A DNA stretch of 42,012 nt from IMG/VR virus record IMGVR_UViG_2563366969_000002; one strand, 5' to 3'. Each line of letters begins with the position of its first letter. The stretch's first letter is position 1. Origin of the DNA: a virus. Its lineage: Duplodnaviria > Heunggongvirae > Uroviricota > Caudoviricetes. The translations under genes and the position numbers were made by a program. Below are positions 29,810-40,734 of this stretch, one piece after another. The notes below the pieces were generated by a model that worked only from the letters and a program-made list of their open reading frames with translations, was not told the origin of the DNA and did not search any database.

Positions 29810-30165
29810 TGGCCCGTATCGGGGGAACCTGTTATTTCAAAATTGACGGTCAGCAGCTATCGCTGACCGGCGGCATTGAGGTGCCCATGAACAAAACGGT
29901 TAACGATGACATCATCGGCCTGGACGGTTCAGTGGACCGCAAGGAAACTCACCGTGCGCCTTATGTCAAAGGGACCTTCAAGGTGCCGAAGAATTTTCCG
30001 GTAAGCAAAATCACCTCGTCTGATGAGATGACCATCACTGCCGAGCTGGCGAACGGTCAGGTCTATGTACTGTCGTCTGCCTGGCTGCACGGCGAAGCGA
30101 ACCATAATGCCGAAGAAGGCACGGTTGATCTTGAGTTCCACGGTGAAGAAGGGGATTACCAGTAA
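29809..30165 (+). CDS. Tail tube protein (Mu gpM-like)
   Basis: 118-aa ORF directly after sheath. Confidence 0.8.
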   Translation: MARIGGTCYFKIDGQQLSLTGGIEVPMNKTVNDDIIGLDGSVDRKETHRAPYVKGTFKVPKNFPVSKITSSDEMTITAELANGQVYVLSSAWLHGEANHNAEEGTVDLEFHGEEGDYQ

Positions 30166-30434
30166 TGAAAGAGCTTGAGTTAAAGAAACCGATTACTGCT
30201 CATGGCGAGACACTCTCCGTACTGGAGTTTGATGAACCCACCGGGAAGGATGTCCGCGAGCTGGGGTATCCCTACCAGATGAATCAGGATGAGTCAGTCA
30301 GACTTCTGGCGCATGTGGTGTCGAAATACATTGTGCGGCTGGCGAAAGTGCCGCAAAGCTCTGTCGACCAGATGTCTCCGGCAGACCTGAATGCAGCGGC
30401 GTGGCTTGTGGCTGGTTTTTTCCTCCAGGCCTGA
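30165..30434 (+). CDS. Tail assembly chaperone (short product)
   Basis: 89-aa ORF between tube and tape measure; contains slippery T-TTT-TTC near its 3' end. Confidence 0.7.
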   Translation: MKELELKKPITAHGETLSVLEFDEPTGKDVRELGYPYQMNQDESVRLLAHVVSKYIVRLAKVPQSSVDQMSPADLNAAAWLVAGFFLQA

Positions 30435-30589
30435 CGGCTGAATACCTCACTGATCGCTTCTTTGACTGCGCCAGCTACTGGCGCATTAATCCTTTCGAAT
30501 TGCTGAATATGCCGATCAGTGAAATTCCCTTGCTGGTCAGTCAGGCAAACAGGATAGAGCAGGAGAAACGCACACATGGCGGAATTTGA
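30165..30589 (+). CDS. Tail assembly chaperone, predicted -1 frameshift fusion product
   Basis: Slippery heptamer T TTT TTC at ~30416-30422; -1 frame continues FFPPGLTAEYLTDRFFDCASYW... to 30589, overlapping tape-measure start. Confidence 0.55.
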
Positions 30590-32411
30590 GCTTAAGGCGT
30601 TGATCACCGGTGTCGACAGGCTTTCTCCCGCGCTGTCGAAAATGCAAAAGAAAATCCGGGGATTTAAACGCCAGGCGGAAGAAGCGTCACAGGGTGGGCT
30701 GGCGCTTGGTGGCGGACTGGCAGCGGGTCTGACGCTTTCCCTGAAATCTTATGCCGATCAGGAAAACGCCGCCACCGGGCTGAAAGTCGCCATGATGGAT
30801 GCGAACGGCGAGGTTGGAAAGAGCTTTCAGGACATCAATAAACTGGCTATTGGCCTGGGTAACCAGCTACCCGGTACAACGGCTGATTTCCAGAACATGA
30901 TGCAGATGCTGGTGCGTCAGGGGATCCCGGCAGAAAACATTCTTGGCGGTGTGGGTAAAGCGACAGCTTATCTTGCGGTACAACTGAAAAAAACACCGGA
31001 AGCGGCTGCCGAGTTTGCTGCAAAGATGCAGGATGCTACCGGAACGGTGTCAGAAGACATGATGGGGCTGTTCGACACTATCCAGAAGGCGTTTTATCTG
31101 GGTGTTGACGATACCAACATGTTGTCCTTCTTCACTAAAACCAGCTCTGTTCTGAAGATGGTGAACAAGGACGGTCTTCAGGCTGCACAGAGCCTTGCCC
31201 CCATCAGCGTCATGATGGATCAGATGGGGATGAACGGGGAGTCGGCAGGTAACGCCCTGCGAAAAGTTATCCAGTCCGGATTAAGCGTTAAGAAAATCAG
31301 GGACGTCAATAAAATCATGGCCCGCCAGAAACTCGGGGTACAGCTCGATTTTACTGACGGCAAAGGAAGTTTTGGCGGTCTTGATAACATGTTCAGGCAA
31401 CTGGCAAAGCTGCGAAAACTGACCGACGTTAAGCGAACAGGTGTACTTAAGGCAATATTTGGTGATGATGCCGAAACCCTTCAGGTGGTCAATGCACTAA
31501 TCGATAAAGGAAAGGATGGCTACGATCAGATCCAGCAAAAGATGAATAAACAGGCCAGCCTGAATAAACGTGTTCAGGCCCAGCTTGGTACGCTGTCCAA
31601 CCTGTGGGAGGCAATGACGGGGACCGCAACTAACGGCCTTGCGGCTATTGGCGGCGCATTTTCTGGTGACGCCAAAAATATCACGCAATGGCTGGGGGAG
31701 TTAGGGGAAAAATTCACGAAGTTTGCGGATGAAAATCCCCGGGTTATTCGCGGCGTCGTCGGGCTTGCTGCCGGTCTTGCGATTCTGAAACTGGGATTGA
31801 TGGGCGTTGGCGGTGCCATCAGTATTGTCAGCAGGATCATGTCGATGACGCCGATTGGAATGATTGCGACGGCGATAGCCCTGGCTGCGGGATTAATTAT
31901 CACTAACTGGGATGTTGTCGGACCTTATTTCAAGAAGCTCTGGGAAACCATTGGTCCTTATTTTGAGGCTGGCTGGGAACTTCTGAAGAAGGTTTTTGCC
32001 TGGTCGCCGCTGGGGATGGTAATCAATAACTGGGGACCGGTTGTTAAGTGGTTTCAGGATATGTGGGACAAACTGAAGCCAATTATTGAGTGGTTTACCG
32101 ACAGTTCCGGTGACACGGTCGATGCCATTAACTCTGCGCAGTGGGGCGCGGGTGCTTATGATGCTTATGGGACGGGAATACCGGCACGGGGATACACACC
32201 TTATCAGGCGGTAGATCCGGCTCAGTCAAACAACGCCTCCGGTGCCACAGGCCCGAATCCCTTCATGATTAACAAAGCTTCTGCGCCAAAAGTTGATGGT
32301 GAGATCAAGGTCTCTTTTGTGAATTCGCCTCCGGGTATGCGGGTTATGGAAACGCGATCCAGCGGTTTTGATGTCAGCCATGATGTTGGCTATACGCGCT
32401 TTGGCAGGTAA
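30576..32411 (+). CDS. Tail tape measure protein
   Basis: 611-aa ORF, Ala/Gly-rich helical repeats and hydrophobic segment; position after frameshifted chaperone. Confidence 0.88.
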   Translation: MAEFELKALITGVDRLSPALSKMQKKIRGFKRQAEEASQGGLALGGGLAAGLTLSLKSYADQENAATGLKVAMMDANGEVGKSFQDINKLAIGLGNQLPGTTADFQNMMQMLVRQGIPAENILGGVGKATAYLAVQLKKTPEAAAEFAAKMQDATGTVSEDMMGLFDTIQKAFYLGVDDTNMLSFFTKTSSVLKMVNKDGLQAAQSLAPISVMMDQMGMNGESAGNALRKVIQSGLSVKKIRDVNKIMARQKLGVQLDFTDGKGSFGGLDNMFRQLAKLRKLTDVKRTGVLKAIFGDDAETLQVVNALIDKGKDGYDQIQQKMNKQASLNKRVQAQLGTLSNLWEAMTGTATNGLAAIGGAFSGDAKNITQWLGELGEKFTKFADENPRVIRGVVGLAAGLAILKLGLMGVGGAISIVSRIMSMTPIGMIATAIALAAGLIITNWDVVGPYFKKLWETIGPYFEAGWELLKKVFAWSPLGMVINNWGPVVKWFQDMWDKLKPIIEWFTDSSGDTVDAINSAQWGAGAYDAYGTGIPARGYTPYQAVDPAQSNNASGATGPNPFMINKASAPKVDGEIKVSFVNSPPGMRVMETRSSGFDVSHDVGYTRFGR

Positions 32412-32471
32412 TGAAAAATTAATCTGTTAATGAGTCCCACTCCGGTGGGATTTTTTATGTACGGAGTTTAT

Positions 32472-33800
32472 ATGACGTGGAAAGACAGACTTCAGGACGC
32501 GTCATTTCGCGGTGTGCCGTTTAAGGTTGAAGAAGAAAGTGCGGGAACCGGTCGTCGTGTGGAAACGCACGAATACCCGAACCGCGACAAGCCCTATACT
32601 GAAGATCTGGGAAAAGTCACTTTCCGCCCGTCCATCACGGCTTATGTGGTGGGAGATGACTGCTTTGACCAGCGCGATCGCCTGATTGACGCGCTGAATA
32701 AACCCGGTCCCGGCACGCTTGTCCATCCGACATACGGTGAGCTGAAAGTCTGTGTTGACGGGGAGGTTCGGGTCAGCACATCGAAGAGTGAAGGGCGTAT
32801 TGTCCGCTTTGACCTGAAGTTTGTCGAAGCGGGAGAACTCTCTTACCCCACATCAGGTGCGGCGACGGCGCAGACGCTGATGTCATCCTGTTCTGCACTG
32901 GATGACTGCATCAGTGACAGCTTCAGCGGTTTCAGTATCGATGGCGTAGCGGATTTTGTGCAGAACGACGTCGTTGGTAATGTCAGCACAATGCTTGGGT
33001 ATGTTTCTGATGCGATGAAAGTGGTGGATTCTGCCGTATCGGATGCGGCCAGGCTGTTGCAGGGGGATATCTCGGTACTTCTGCCGCCACCATCGTCAGG
33101 CAAAAATTTCGTTGAGCAGGTGCAGAAAATGTGGCGTACCGGGAAACGCCTTTATGGTAACGCCAGCGACCTGGTCACCATGATCAAAACGCTTTCCGGT
33201 GTCAGCCTCGGCAGCGATCTGCAACCGCGCGGCGTCTGGAAAACGGACAGTAAAACCACCGCCACGGCTACGCAGCAGCGTAACGTGGTTGCCAGCACCC
33301 TTCGTACGACCGCAATCAGCGAAGCGGCGTATGCCGTCACCCGATTGCCTGCGCCAACAACTTCCGCGGTGATGCAGAATGCCGCAGTGGGGCAGGCAAC
33401 AACACCCGCGCAGAGCACTGGCTGGCCTTCCGTCACGCATCCGGCACTGAACAATGCACCGGCGGTGAAAAGCACGGTTGACCTGCCGACGTGGGAAGAA
33501 CTGACTGACATTCGCTACACACTGAATACGGCAATTGATAAGGAGTTGTCCCGTACAACCAGTGATGCGCTGTTTCTGGCGCTGCGCCGGGTGAAAGCAG
33601 ATCTGAATGCGGATATCAACACGCGCCTTGAACAGTCTGCACGGATCATTCAGCGCACGCCGGATGAGGTTTTACCCGCGCTGGTGCTGGCGGCGACCTG
33701 GTTTGATAACGCGGCGCGTGACGCGGACATTATCCGGCGTAATGCCATTACGCATCCCGGCTTTGTGCCGGTGATCCCTCTGAAGGTGCCAGTGCAATGA
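32472..33800 (+). CDS. DNA circulation protein-like (Mu gpN-like)
   Basis: ATG 32472 (MTWKDRLQDASFRGVPFKVEEESAGTGRRVETHEYPNRDKPYTEDLG...) typical N-terminus of Mu N family; listed ORF start at 32430 lies inside an upstream hairpin. Confidence 0.75.
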   Translation: MTWKDRLQDASFRGVPFKVEEESAGTGRRVETHEYPNRDKPYTEDLGKVTFRPSITAYVVGDDCFDQRDRLIDALNKPGPGTLVHPTYGELKVCVDGEVRVSTSKSEGRIVRFDLKFVEAGELSYPTSGAATAQTLMSSCSALDDCISDSFSGFSIDGVADFVQNDVVGNVSTMLGYVSDAMKVVDSAVSDAARLLQGDISVLLPPPSSGKNFVEQVQKMWRTGKRLYGNASDLVTMIKTLSGVSLGSDLQPRGVWKTDSKTTATATQQRNVVASTLRTTAISEAAYAVTRLPAPTTSAVMQNAAVGQATTPAQSTGWPSVTHPALNNAPAVKSTVDLPTWEELTDIRYTLNTAIDKELSRTTSDALFLALRRVKADLNADINTRLEQSARIIQRTPDEVLPALVLAATWFDNAARDADIIRRNAITHPGFVPVIPLKVPVQ

Positions 33801-34876
33801 ACGACAATGTCACGCTACGGGTAAATGGCCGGGAGTGGAATGGCTGGACATCGGTGCGCATCGGTGCCGGTATTGAACGGCTGGCGCGGGATTTCAGTGT
33901 GGAGATCACCCGCCAGTGGCCGGGAGATGAGGGTATCACCACGCTTCAGCCGCGCATTAAAAACGGTTCAAAAGTGGAAGTGCTGATTGGTGATGAGCTG
34001 GTGATCACCGGCTGGGTGGAGGCGACGCCCGTTCGTTACGATGCCCGTTCGGTCAGCACCGGTATTGCCGGACGTAGTCTGACGGCTGACCTGATTGACT
34101 GTGCAGCCGAACCGACACAGTTTAACGGACGCTCGCTGGTGCAGATTGCGCAGGCGCTTGCTGCGCCTTTCGGCATTGAGGTGGTGAACAGCGGTGCGCC
34201 GTCGGGTGTTATTCCTGACGTCCAGCCTGATCACGGTGAAACGGTGATTGAGGTAATCAACAAAATACTCGGTCAGCAGCAGGCACTGGCTTACGACGAC
34301 CCGTACGGCAGGCTGGTGATTGGCGGTATTGGCTCAACGCGGGCACATACCGCGCTGGTACTCGGGGAAAACATCCTTTCCTGTGATACGGAGAAGAGTA
34401 TCCGGGAGCGGTTTTCAGTTTACCAGGTGGCGGGGCAGCGTGCCGGAAACGACGATGATTTCGGTGAGGCCACCACCACCGCGCTGCGGGCCCGCACAGA
34501 GGACGCATTTATTGCCCGTTACCGTCCGATGTATATCAGGCAGACAGGGCAGGCCACGGGGGCAGGCTGTATTGCGCGTGCTGACTTTGAAGCCCGACAA
34601 CGGGCGGCGCGGACGGATGAAACCACCTATGTGGTGCAGGGCTGGCGACAGGGTAACGGTACGCTGTGGCAGCCCAACCAGCGGGTGATTGTCTTTGATC
34701 CGGTCTGTGGTTTTGACAATACCGAACTGCTTGTTTCGGAAGTCACGTTTACTCAGGACCAGAACGGCACCCTGACGGAAATCCGTGTCGGCCCACCTGA
34801 TGCTTATCTGCCTGAACCCGAAGCCCCCGGCGCGCGGAAAAAGAAAAAAGCCAGAGTACAGGAGGACCCGTTCTGA
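33797..34876 (+). CDS. Baseplate hub protein (Mu gpP-like)
   Basis: 359-aa ORF, synteny within Mu-type tail cluster. Confidence 0.75.
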   Translation: MNDNVTLRVNGREWNGWTSVRIGAGIERLARDFSVEITRQWPGDEGITTLQPRIKNGSKVEVLIGDELVITGWVEATPVRYDARSVSTGIAGRSLTADLIDCAAEPTQFNGRSLVQIAQALAAPFGIEVVNSGAPSGVIPDVQPDHGETVIEVINKILGQQQALAYDDPYGRLVIGGIGSTRAHTALVLGENILSCDTEKSIRERFSVYQVAGQRAGNDDDFGEATTTALRARTEDAFIARYRPMYIRQTGQATGAGCIARADFEARQRAARTDETTYVVQGWRQGNGTLWQPNQRVIVFDPVCGFDNTELLVSEVTFTQDQNGTLTEIRVGPPDAYLPEPEAPGARKKKKARVQEDPF

Positions 34877-35424
34877 TGAGGACGATTGAAGCCATGCAGC
34901 GACAACTCCTCGGCCTGATTGGGCGGGCCGTGGTGAAAAGCATCAGTGCCGCCACGAAATGTCAGACCGTGGATGTGTCCCTGATTGCCGGTGAACCCAA
35001 AGCCGGGGTTGAACATCTTGAACCCTACGGTTTTACCGCAAGGGCAAACAGCGGTGCGGAAGCGGTGGTGTTGTTTCCGGATGGCGACCGTTCTCATGCG
35101 GTGGTTGTTACGGTGTCGGACCGGCGCTACCGCCTGAAAGGGCTGCAGACGGGTGAGGTGGCTGTCTATGACGATCAGGGGCAGTCTGTGACGCTGACCC
35201 GGGAGGGGATCGTGGTGGACGGTGCAGGGAAAACGATCACGTTTCGCAATGCACCTGAAGCACGTTTTGAAATGGATCTGGAAGTGACCGGACAGGTGAA
35301 AGACCTGTGCGACTCCGGCGGCACCACCATGTCAGCGATGCGGCTTGCCTATAACGGGCATCGTCACAGAGAGAACGGTCAGGGCAGTAACACCGACAAA
35401 CCTGATAAAGCGATGGAGGCATGA
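34876..35424 (+). CDS. Baseplate spike/assembly protein V-like (Mu gp45-like)
   Basis: 182-aa ORF, synteny. Confidence 0.65.
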   Translation: MRTIEAMQRQLLGLIGRAVVKSISAATKCQTVDVSLIAGEPKAGVEHLEPYGFTARANSGAEAVVLFPDGDRSHAVVVTVSDRRYRLKGLQTGEVAVYDDQGQSVTLTREGIVVDGAGKTITFRNAPEARFEMDLEVTGQVKDLCDSGGTTMSAMRLAYNGHRHRENGQGSNTDKPDKAMEA

Positions 35425-35849
35425 TGGAACTGTGGCTGACGGTGAACGGTAAACGCACCTGCGCCAGCGCACCGCTGGATCCGCTGACCCGCGCCGTGGT
35501 GATTTCCCTGTTCACCTGGCGGCGGGCGGAGCCTGATGACAATGCCGACGTCCCGATGGGATGGTGGGGGGATACCTGGCCTGCGGTACAGAATGACCGT
35601 TACGGCTCCCGACTGTGGCTGCTTCAGCGCAGCAAACTGACCAATCAGCTGGTGCAGACGGTAAGGGGATATATCCGCGAATGCCTGCAATGGATGATTG
35701 ATGACGGCGTGGTGTCCCGTATTGATCTGGATATCCGCCGCACCGGGATTAATGAGCTGGGTAACAGTATCACCCTCTGGCGTCGTGATGGACCAGTAGT
35801 GATTTCTTTTGATGATCTGTGGAGTGCGATAACGCATGGCGGACAGTGA
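35421..35849 (+). CDS. Baseplate protein (Mu gp46 / gpW-like)
   Basis: 142-aa ORF, synteny. Confidence 0.65.
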   Translation: MMELWLTVNGKRTCASAPLDPLTRAVVISLFTWRRAEPDDNADVPMGWWGDTWPAVQNDRYGSRLWLLQRSKLTNQLVQTVRGYIRECLQWMIDDGVVSRIDLDIRRTGINELGNSITLWRRDGPVVISFDDLWSAITHGGQ

Positions 35850-36894
35850 ATTTCAGCGCCCGACGCTGGCAGAAAATATCAGTATGCTCCGTAACGATTT
35901 ATTCGCCAGGCTGGACGTCAGCGACACGCTCCGGCGCATGGATGAAGACGTGCGGGCAAAGGTGTATGCGGCGGCGCTGCATACGGTCTACGGTTACATC
36001 GATTATCTGGCAATGAATATGCTGCCTGACCTGTGCGATGAGTCCTGGCTGGCGCGACATGCTGCGATGAAACGGTGTCCGCGCAAGGGAGCCACGGTTG
36101 CCAGCGGGTATATGCGCTGGGAAGGTGTCAGCGATGGCCTGAAGGTGACTGCCGGGAGTGTTATTCAGCGCGATGACCTGGTGCAGTACACGACAACTGA
36201 CGATGCAATCAGCTCCGGTGGTGTCCTGCGCGTGCCGATCGCCTGCTCAAGTGCAGGTGCGGTCGGTAACGCTGACGACGGTACGGCATTAATCCTGGTC
36301 ACGCCGGTGAATGGTCTGCCGTCTTCCGGTGTGGCTGACACCCTGACAGGCGGATTTGATACTGAAGAGCTGGAAACGTGGCGCGCCCGCGTCATTGAGC
36401 GGTATTACTGGACGCCGCAGGGCGGGGCTGACGGGGACTATGTCGTCTGGGCTAAAGAAGTGCCCGGCATTACCCGCGCATGGACATACCGTCACTGGAT
36501 GGGAACGGGAACTGTCGGTGTGATGATTGCCAGCAGTGACCTGATTAATCCCATTCCGGAAGAATCAACGGAAACGGCGGCAAGACAACATATCGGGCCA
36601 CTGGCCCCGGTGGCAGGCTCTGATTTGTATGTGTTCAGGCCGGTGGCACATACGGTGGATTTTCATATCCGCGTGACGCCGGACACACCGGAAATACGGG
36701 CTGCCATCACCGCCGAGTTGCGTTCGTTCCTGCTGCGTGATGGTTATCCGCAGGGAGAACTGAAGGTGTCGCGTATCAGTGAGGCGATTTCCGGTGCGAA
36801 CGGGGAATACAGCCATCAGTTGCTTGCACCGGCGGACAATATCTCCATTGCAAAAAATGAACTGGCGGTACTGGGGACGATTTCATGGACGTGA
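35836..36894 (+). CDS. Baseplate J-like protein (Mu gp47-like)
   Basis: 352-aa ORF, synteny and size. Confidence 0.8.
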   Translation: MADSEFQRPTLAENISMLRNDLFARLDVSDTLRRMDEDVRAKVYAAALHTVYGYIDYLAMNMLPDLCDESWLARHAAMKRCPRKGATVASGYMRWEGVSDGLKVTAGSVIQRDDLVQYTTTDDAISSGGVLRVPIACSSAGAVGNADDGTALILVTPVNGLPSSGVADTLTGGFDTEELETWRARVIERYYWTPQGGADGDYVVWAKEVPGITRAWTYRHWMGTGTVGVMIASSDLINPIPEESTETAARQHIGPLAPVAGSDLYVFRPVAHTVDFHIRVTPDTPEIRAAITAELRSFLLRDGYPQGELKVSRISEAISGANGEYSHQLLAPADNISIAKNELAVLGTISWT

Positions 36895-37469
36895 CAAACG
36901 ATGATTACATCCATCTGTTGTCGGCACTGTTGCCCCCCGGTCCGGCATGGTCAGCCAGCGATCCGGCGATTGCCGGTGCGGCACCGTCATTAACCCGCGT
37001 TCATCAGCGTGCGGATGCCCTGATGCGGGAGCTGGATCCGCGCACCACCACTGAACTGATAAACCGCTGGGAGCGTCTGTGCGGCCTGCCGGATGAATGT
37101 ATTCCTGCGGGAACGCAGACCCTTCGCCAGCGTCAGCAACGGCTGGATGCGAAGGTTAATCTGGCGGGCGGCATCAATGAGGATTTTTACCTTGCACAGC
37201 TTGCTGCCCTGGGCAGACCAGACGCCACCATCACGCGATACGATAAAAGCACTTTCACCTGCTCATCTGCCTGTACTGACGCGGTGAATGCGCCGGAATG
37301 GCGGTATTACTGGCAGGTCAACATGCCAGCCGCCACCAACACCACCTGGATGACATGTGGCGATCCCTGTGATTCCGCACTGCGTATCTGGGGCGACACC
37401 GTTGTCGAGTGTGTGCTTAACAAACTCTGCCCTTCGCATACCTACGTAATTTTTAAATATCCGGAGTAA
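36885..37469 (+). CDS. Tail protein (Mu gp48-like)
   Basis: 194-aa ORF between baseplate J and tail fibre. Confidence 0.65.
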   Translation: MDVTNDDYIHLLSALLPPGPAWSASDPAIAGAAPSLTRVHQRADALMRELDPRTTTELINRWERLCGLPDECIPAGTQTLRQRQQRLDAKVNLAGGINEDFYLAQLAALGRPDATITRYDKSTFTCSSACTDAVNAPEWRYYWQVNMPAATNTTWMTCGDPCDSALRIWGDTVVECVLNKLCPSHTYVIFKYPE

Positions 37470-37472
37470 TCC

Positions 37473-38117
37473 ATGCATCGTATAGACACGAAAACCGCGC
37501 AGAAGGATAAGTTCGGCGCGGGTAAGAACGGTTTTACCCGTGGTAACCCCCAGACCGGCACGCCTGCCACCGATCTGGATGATGACTACTTTGACATGTT
37601 GCAGGAAGAACTCTGCAGCGTGGTGGAGGCATCCGGTGCCAGCCTGGAGAAGGGGCGGCATGACCAGCTGCTTACCGCACTTCGCGCGCTGCTGTTAAGC
37701 CGCAAAAATCCGTTTGGCGATATCAAAGCGGATGGCACGGTGAAAACGGCTCTCGAAAACCTTGGTTTGGGAGAAGCGGCAAAACGGAATGTGGGAACAG
37801 GTTCAGGTCAGATACCGGATATGAGTAGCTTTGCATCAGCACTCTCTTCGAGTGGCTACCAGAAATTACCTTCTGGACTAATTATTCAGTGGGGGGCGGC
37901 TGTTGCTGGAATTGGCAGCACTGGGGGTACAGGAAATGTAGTCTCATTCCCTGTTGCATTCCCCAGATATTGCGCCCAAATAATTACATCTTACGATAAT
38001 GGAAGCTCGTCAATCATTGCTGGTGCAGCAGGAAACCAAACTACCACTCAATTTCTTTTACGTTGTGGTGCAACCGGTGGTAGTTATAACTTCCGCTGGT
38101 TAGCCGTGGGGTATTAA
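37473..38117 (+). CDS. Tail fibre protein
   Basis: 214-aa ORF; Gly/Ser/Thr-rich C-terminal half; followed by tail fibre assembly gene. Confidence 0.75.
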   Translation: MHRIDTKTAQKDKFGAGKNGFTRGNPQTGTPATDLDDDYFDMLQEELCSVVEASGASLEKGRHDQLLTALRALLLSRKNPFGDIKADGTVKTALENLGLGEAAKRNVGTGSGQIPDMSSFASALSSSGYQKLPSGLIIQWGAAVAGIGSTGGTGNVVSFPVAFPRYCAQIITSYDNGSSSIIAGAAGNQTTTQFLLRCGATGGSYNFRWLAVGY

Positions 38118-38119
38118 TT

Positions 38120-38563
38120 ATGGATAACTACTATTTTTCACCTTCGACTTTGGCATTTTATCCTGAAGATCTCATGTTGTTATATGAAGCAGCAGGAACT
38201 TTACCTGATGATATTATTTCTGTGCCACATGAAATATTTGCTACTTATTCAGGAGAGCCACCACGAGGAAAAAAGCGAGGTACTACAGAAGATGGGCTGC
38301 CCACCTGGAGTAATCTGCCGCCTTTAAGTCATGAGGAAGAAGTTGAGGTTGCGGACGCCCAAAGACAGTTTCGTATTGATGAGGCGAACGACTACATGAA
38401 TAGTAAGCAATGGCCAGGTAAAGCCGCTATTGGTCGTCTGAAAGGCGAGGAACTGGCGCAATATAATTCGTGGCTGGATTATCTGGACGCACTGGAGCTG
38501 GTCGATACTTCCGGTGCGCCAGATATTGAATGGCCTACGCCTCCGGCAGTTCAGGCCAGATGA
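38120..38563 (+). CDS. tfa: Tail fibre assembly protein
   Basis: 147-aa ORF; C-terminal ...WLDYLDALELVDTSGAPDIEWPTPP matches the conserved Tfa C-terminal motif (VDTSxAPDIEWP). Confidence 0.8.
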   Translation: MDNYYFSPSTLAFYPEDLMLLYEAAGTLPDDIISVPHEIFATYSGEPPRGKKRGTTEDGLPTWSNLPPLSHEEEVEVADAQRQFRIDEANDYMNSKQWPGKAAIGRLKGEELAQYNSWLDYLDALELVDTSGAPDIEWPTPPAVQAR

Positions 38564-38864
38564 CATCCGGCGCGATGCTTGTATCTATTGCCGCCACCGC
38601 ATCAATGTAATCAAGCACAGCGTTAAGCCGAGCGGTTTCTGCCTGCGTCAATTTACGTCCGGCCTGTAATTTCAGTTGAATCAGACTGATGGAAGCCATA
38701 GCAGCATCAATCAGCGACTGGCGTGGTGACGAGAACAGTTGCATCTTACAACCGTATTTTTCTGGACAACTGTAGGATATACGGACCGGGATTTGGAAGT
38801 AGCGGCGGTAAACGAACAGGGATTTTCGATTTTTCATCATGTGTGTTCGGGTGGTTATCAGCAA
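38535..38864 (-). pseudogene. Inverted tail-fibre-assembly gene remnant (tfa')
   Basis: Minus-strand ORF whose last ~50 aa (…KLTQAETARLNAVLDYIDAVAAIDTSIAPDVIWPELPEA) carry the Tfa C-terminal motif; N-terminal part unrelated; 3' end overlaps tfa convergently. Confidence 0.45.
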
Positions 38865-39084
38865 TAACCGGCGTCGATGAAACTACAAACACTAGTATCG
38901 GTTCGCTGTTTGGTTCGGCGGAAAATAATAACACTGCTACAGGGAAGATGTCGGGATGTGCCATTCTGGTTCCATCTAACTCTTTCCAGCAGGTTGATGC
39001 AACCTTCAAAACAAGAGTGACATCAGGTTACACGAACCCTGGCGTGTATCAGTAAAAATGGGTGGGAATTACCCACCCTTACCA

Positions 39085-40734
39085 CTAGTTTACAGGGATG
39101 TTAATTATCTGAAGAGTTCCAGAAAGATCGTAAGTTCCCACCTCAATGTTTATAATATCGCCTTTGTTGATTGACTTCGCGGTCCAACTATAATCTGTTA
39201 GCTTTGTTGATTTGGGCCAGAAGTCAGTATAAACAGGTCGTTTTTCGCCTTTATAAGTAATTCTGAGATAAACTTTAGGACCCTGCTTGAAGTTATCGGA
39301 TGAAAGGTCATTATTCGTTTTAAGCACAATAAGGTCATTGCTTTTAGCAATATATATGCTTTCCAGAATAGTTTCCTTAGCTGGAATCATTGTCTTGCCA
39401 ACCTTGATTTCATTGGATTCGGGAAGCATGGAATAATCAAAAGTTGAGTTAGACTTTCTGATCCGCGAAACGCCGAAGTATTCACCATACGTATTCACCG
39501 AGTGGTACATATCAAACTTATCACCCTTCGACAGAAGTTTTGGGAAGTAAAAATCAGGGATCATGAAATCTTTTTTCCCCTGACGCTTCATTTCTGCAAT
39601 AACGCTCATGCGCACATCATTTTGCATGAATGCTGACTTATATGATTTGTACATGAAGTAATAGGACGGCGCGAAGTATGCTAACAGTATTGCAGCAAGG
39701 CCAGCAAAAAATAGCTTAATAGAAGTTCCGTGATAAGCCTGATTTAACGCAAAAGACATAGAGACAAGCATCAAAACCAGGGTTCCGTTGCCTGAGCGAG
39801 GCGGATACCCCGGAGCTGCAGCCATCATTGCTACAGAGAGAAGAGAGGCAGACAGGAACGCCGCTGAGCAAATGACCCTAGATTTCAACGTATCTTTCTC
39901 TACTGCATTCAAGCAACCCGCAAGCAGTGACACACCAATTATCAGCAGTGGTATCCATAGCATACCCATCATTTCTGGTGCGCGGCTATAAAAGTGCTCA
40001 TCAAGCCTGTCCACCATGGGTTTGTCATACCAATATGTAAAATACTTAGCTCGAGCAGCGTTCCCAGGAGATAGCACCAATATCGCATAACCAATGATGG
40101 CGCTGAATGAGTAGAAAGCAAATGAGTAGTTACGCTCTTTTTTAAGGAAATATCCAACAGCAAAGAAAATCGCTGGAGCTGCGACGGCAATAAAACCTGT
40201 ATTTTCATTTGAACATCCAGCAGCTAAGGCAAGGAGCAATGAAACAATAGACAAACTATACTTTTTATTAAAGTAATCTTTAAATATTGAAAGCAAGAAT
40301 AGGCATAGTATAACGTTGGTCCATAAGTAGTTCGCAGACCCAACCAACCAGAAGGTAGTTTGTCCTATGTTGGTATTTGATATCCAATATGTAAGGAAAA
40401 TAATTATGGATACAACAATGAACCCAGAACTCGACTGTTTATTTGTTGTGGTGTAACCGATTTTTGTTAAGCAAAATGTTAATAAAACTGGAGCCAGTGA
40501 ATTTATCGCCGCTCTGATGTAATGATTATCAATGAACAGTATAAATCCACTGATATAGTCAGCTATTACGCGCCCACTCCACGTAAAGTAGTGATTAATA
40601 TGGGATTCTAAACTTATTCCCTTCAATGCATATGCATAATCATCTGAATGCATTGGTGTATGCAATGCAATTCCAAGTGTTAATACATACATTAGAAGAT
40701 ATACAAGAGATATTTTTATCTTATCGACGTTCAT
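39085..40734 (-). CDS. Type-specific O-antigen glucosyltransferase (GtrC-like), polytopic membrane protein
   Basis: 549-aa highly hydrophobic ORF, AT-rich, directly downstream of gtrB; third gene of gtr cassette by synteny. Confidence 0.75.
   Translation of the reverse strand: MNVDKIKISLVYLLMYVLTLGIALHTPMHSDDYAYALKGISLESHINHYFTWSGRVIADYISGFILFIDNHYIRAAINSLAPVLLTFCLTKIGYTTTNKQSSSGFIVVSIIIFLTYWISNTNIGQTTFWLVGSANYLWTNVILCLFLLSIFKDYFNKKYSLSIVSLLLALAAGCSNENTGFIAVAAPAIFFAVGYFLKKERNYSFAFYSFSAIIGYAILVLSPGNAARAKYFTYWYDKPMVDRLDEHFYSRAPEMMGMLWIPLLIIGVSLLAGCLNAVEKDTLKSRVICSAAFLSASLLSVAMMAAAPGYPPRSGNGTLVLMLVSMSFALNQAYHGTSIKLFFAGLAAILLAYFAPSYYFMYKSYKSAFMQNDVRMSVIAEMKRQGKKDFMIPDFYFPKLLSKGDKFDMYHSVNTYGEYFGVSRIRKSNSTFDYSMLPESNEIKVGKTMIPAKETILESIYIAKSNDLIVLKTNNDLSSDNFKQGPKVYLRITYKGEKRPVYTDFWPKSTKLTDYSWTAKSINKGDIINIEVGTYDLSGTLQIINIPVN

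Noticed and set aside
31497-31903. Minus-strand ORFs inside the tape-measure gene
   Set aside because: Shadow ORFs; tape-measure reading frame is continuous and well supported.
38723-39055. 110-aa plus-strand ORF after tfa as an intact gene
   Set aside because: Only its C-terminal third looks fibre-like and it lacks a convincing start context; treated as a fragment within the fibre-region finding.
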